Shown here: positions 62,518-64,000 of the stretch, piece after piece
Layout of the letters: each line of letters opens with the position of its first letter
Position numbering within the stretch: position 1 is the stretch's first letter
NCBI GenBank assembly: GCA_012295275.1
Contig: CM022670.1
Location: 9,238,001 to 9,302,000 of the forward strand
DNA: 64,000 bases
Origin: Chrysomallon squamiferum
Lineage: Eukaryota; Animalia; Mollusca
Reading direction: 5' to 3'
Translations under genes and position numbers: made by a program
Notes under the pieces: generated by a model
Database searches by the model: none
What the model saw: the letters and a program-made list of their open reading frames with translations, nothing else
Told to the model about the DNA's origin: nothing

Positions 62518-64000
62518 TTCTGACAGGTCGTTAACTGCTATGTCATAAAAAGTTATTTTTTATTTTATTATATGTGCCAATGAATAAATGAAATGATTTC
62601 TAAATTATAAAATAATATTTATTCTTTATTTAAGTAACATTTTTTCTGACATTTATATATTAAAATAACACCTGTTACAAAAAATCAGATAAATATGTTA
62701 ACATATTTTCCGAGATCTTGATTACTAACAGTAAGCGGATCTAGAGGAGAGTACACCAAGCATAGACACGCCCCCATTTTCAACGATAAATCCATGAACA
62801 CCTGTTTCCTATATGTTATTAGACAAAATATTTTAGATTTTGTGACATGTCAACAAATTTCTGTTTTAAAAATAAAATTTATTTTATATTTTATTTATAT
62901 TTATATTTATATATCTATCTATATATGAAGGAAATAAAGAGAACCGAAATAAAGAATTAATCAGACAAAAAGCGCAAAACAAAAACAAAAAATTCATCAG
63001 CAGTTTCTGACAATAATAAATACATTTAATAAAGTTAAAAAGCTCAAATTTAAACTTTATAACGAAACAATTTATACAAAGTTTAATGTGATGCAGAAAT
63101 GACAAGACTCCCATGAAAAACGTGCTTCTCCCACCATTTCAAAAAGAGCGTTATGTTTAACAACATTAAAAAAAAAAAAAAAGTAACACCTAAGCCAGAA
63201 TCCTCATTCATAGTCATGACTTTCAATCAGTAATGTTTAAAAAAAAATTCTTTGTTTATATTTATTTCTTTCTTATATATATATAACAAATGACTAAAAA
63301 AAAAAAAAACCCTTCTAATTACAGACCTTAAGAAAGTATTGCAATCTTCATAAACCATATATTAAATTCGGAATAATCCTAATGGACTTTAAAATAACAC
63401 TCTATATATATGCAGAAGCTTATTTTCCAGTATTTTACACTGAGAAATTTTATTTATTTATTTTTTGTTTTCTGAGAAATTTCCGTAACCAGTTTACATG
63501 TAAAGTAGCCCTATCAAAATAACTTTCTGTCAAAGAAATAAATATTCAGCAGTTTCATATATTTATTACAAAATGAATTCTAATATTTCTCATAATTCTC
63601 ACTTGGTTTTTCCTATATCCCAAAAGCACTACACAATGCCGAAATACAGCACTTTTCTTTCTTCCAGGTCCCTGTACCTTTTTGTTTCCTCTTTCGTTCA
63701 GAAATTTACCTTTGGCTTCTGTTATCATTCATTTTCACAGCAACAATAATGACACTAATTACATAAGCACATTTTTCATTATTCCATTACATGTGTATAA
63801 AAAAAAAAAGGGACACCGTTTTATCTCTTTTGAATTAGTGGGAGTTAATCGTTTATGTACAGATGGCCACGGTATATTTACATCCTTGATGACTCTAATT
63901 TGCATTATTTAAATGAGGCGCCATTCATCGTGATCGGCCATCTTCGGCTTAAAATAATACAGCTCGGCTAGATACAAGATGAATATGTTGGTAGTAATGA

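Noticed and set aside
63560-63730. Minus-strand frame MITEAKGKFLNERGNKKVQGPGRKK... with a gtgaga donor near the window end
   Set aside because: No recognisable homology and no compatible downstream exon found; cannot be supported from this window.

Overview
AT-rich, microsatellite-dense animal genomic DNA, probably an invertebrate such as a mollusc (inference). It holds three spliced protein-coding genes, which I reconstructed exon by exon with consistent splice phases. (1) MOSPD2 on + (14215-28668; CRAL-TRIO + MSP + C-terminal TM, ~502 aa). (2) KIDINS220/ARMS on - (51173-33735; ten 99-nt ankyrin exons, KAP P-loop NTPase with 4 TM, SAM-like domain, PDZ-binding tail, ~1551 aa). (3) A stand-alone 'POLR1D isoform 2'-like gene on + (56204-57857), head-to-head with KIDINS220. 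The most striking feature lies inside MOSPD2 intron 10: a 1003-nt Cys/Pro-repeat exon (21527-22529). It is out of frame with canonical MOSPD2 at its 5' end, but in frame with an alternative-frame ATG in exon 10 and with the downstream MSP/TM exons. An RFX X-box/YY1/ETS motif cluster lies just upstream of exon 10. This predicts an undescribed isoform in which the lipid-binding CRAL-TRIO domain is replaced by a keratin-associated/sperm-tail-like Cys-rich repeat domain. A second X-box-linked candidate internal first exon sits inside KIDINS220. Other features are a TIR-bounded MITE-like element in the MOSPD2 promoter, several minisatellites (one triplicating a splice donor), a GC-AG intron, and low-confidence remnants of a minus-strand membrane-protein gene in the first 7 kb. 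All assignments are by eye and from recalled protein sequences; no searches were run.
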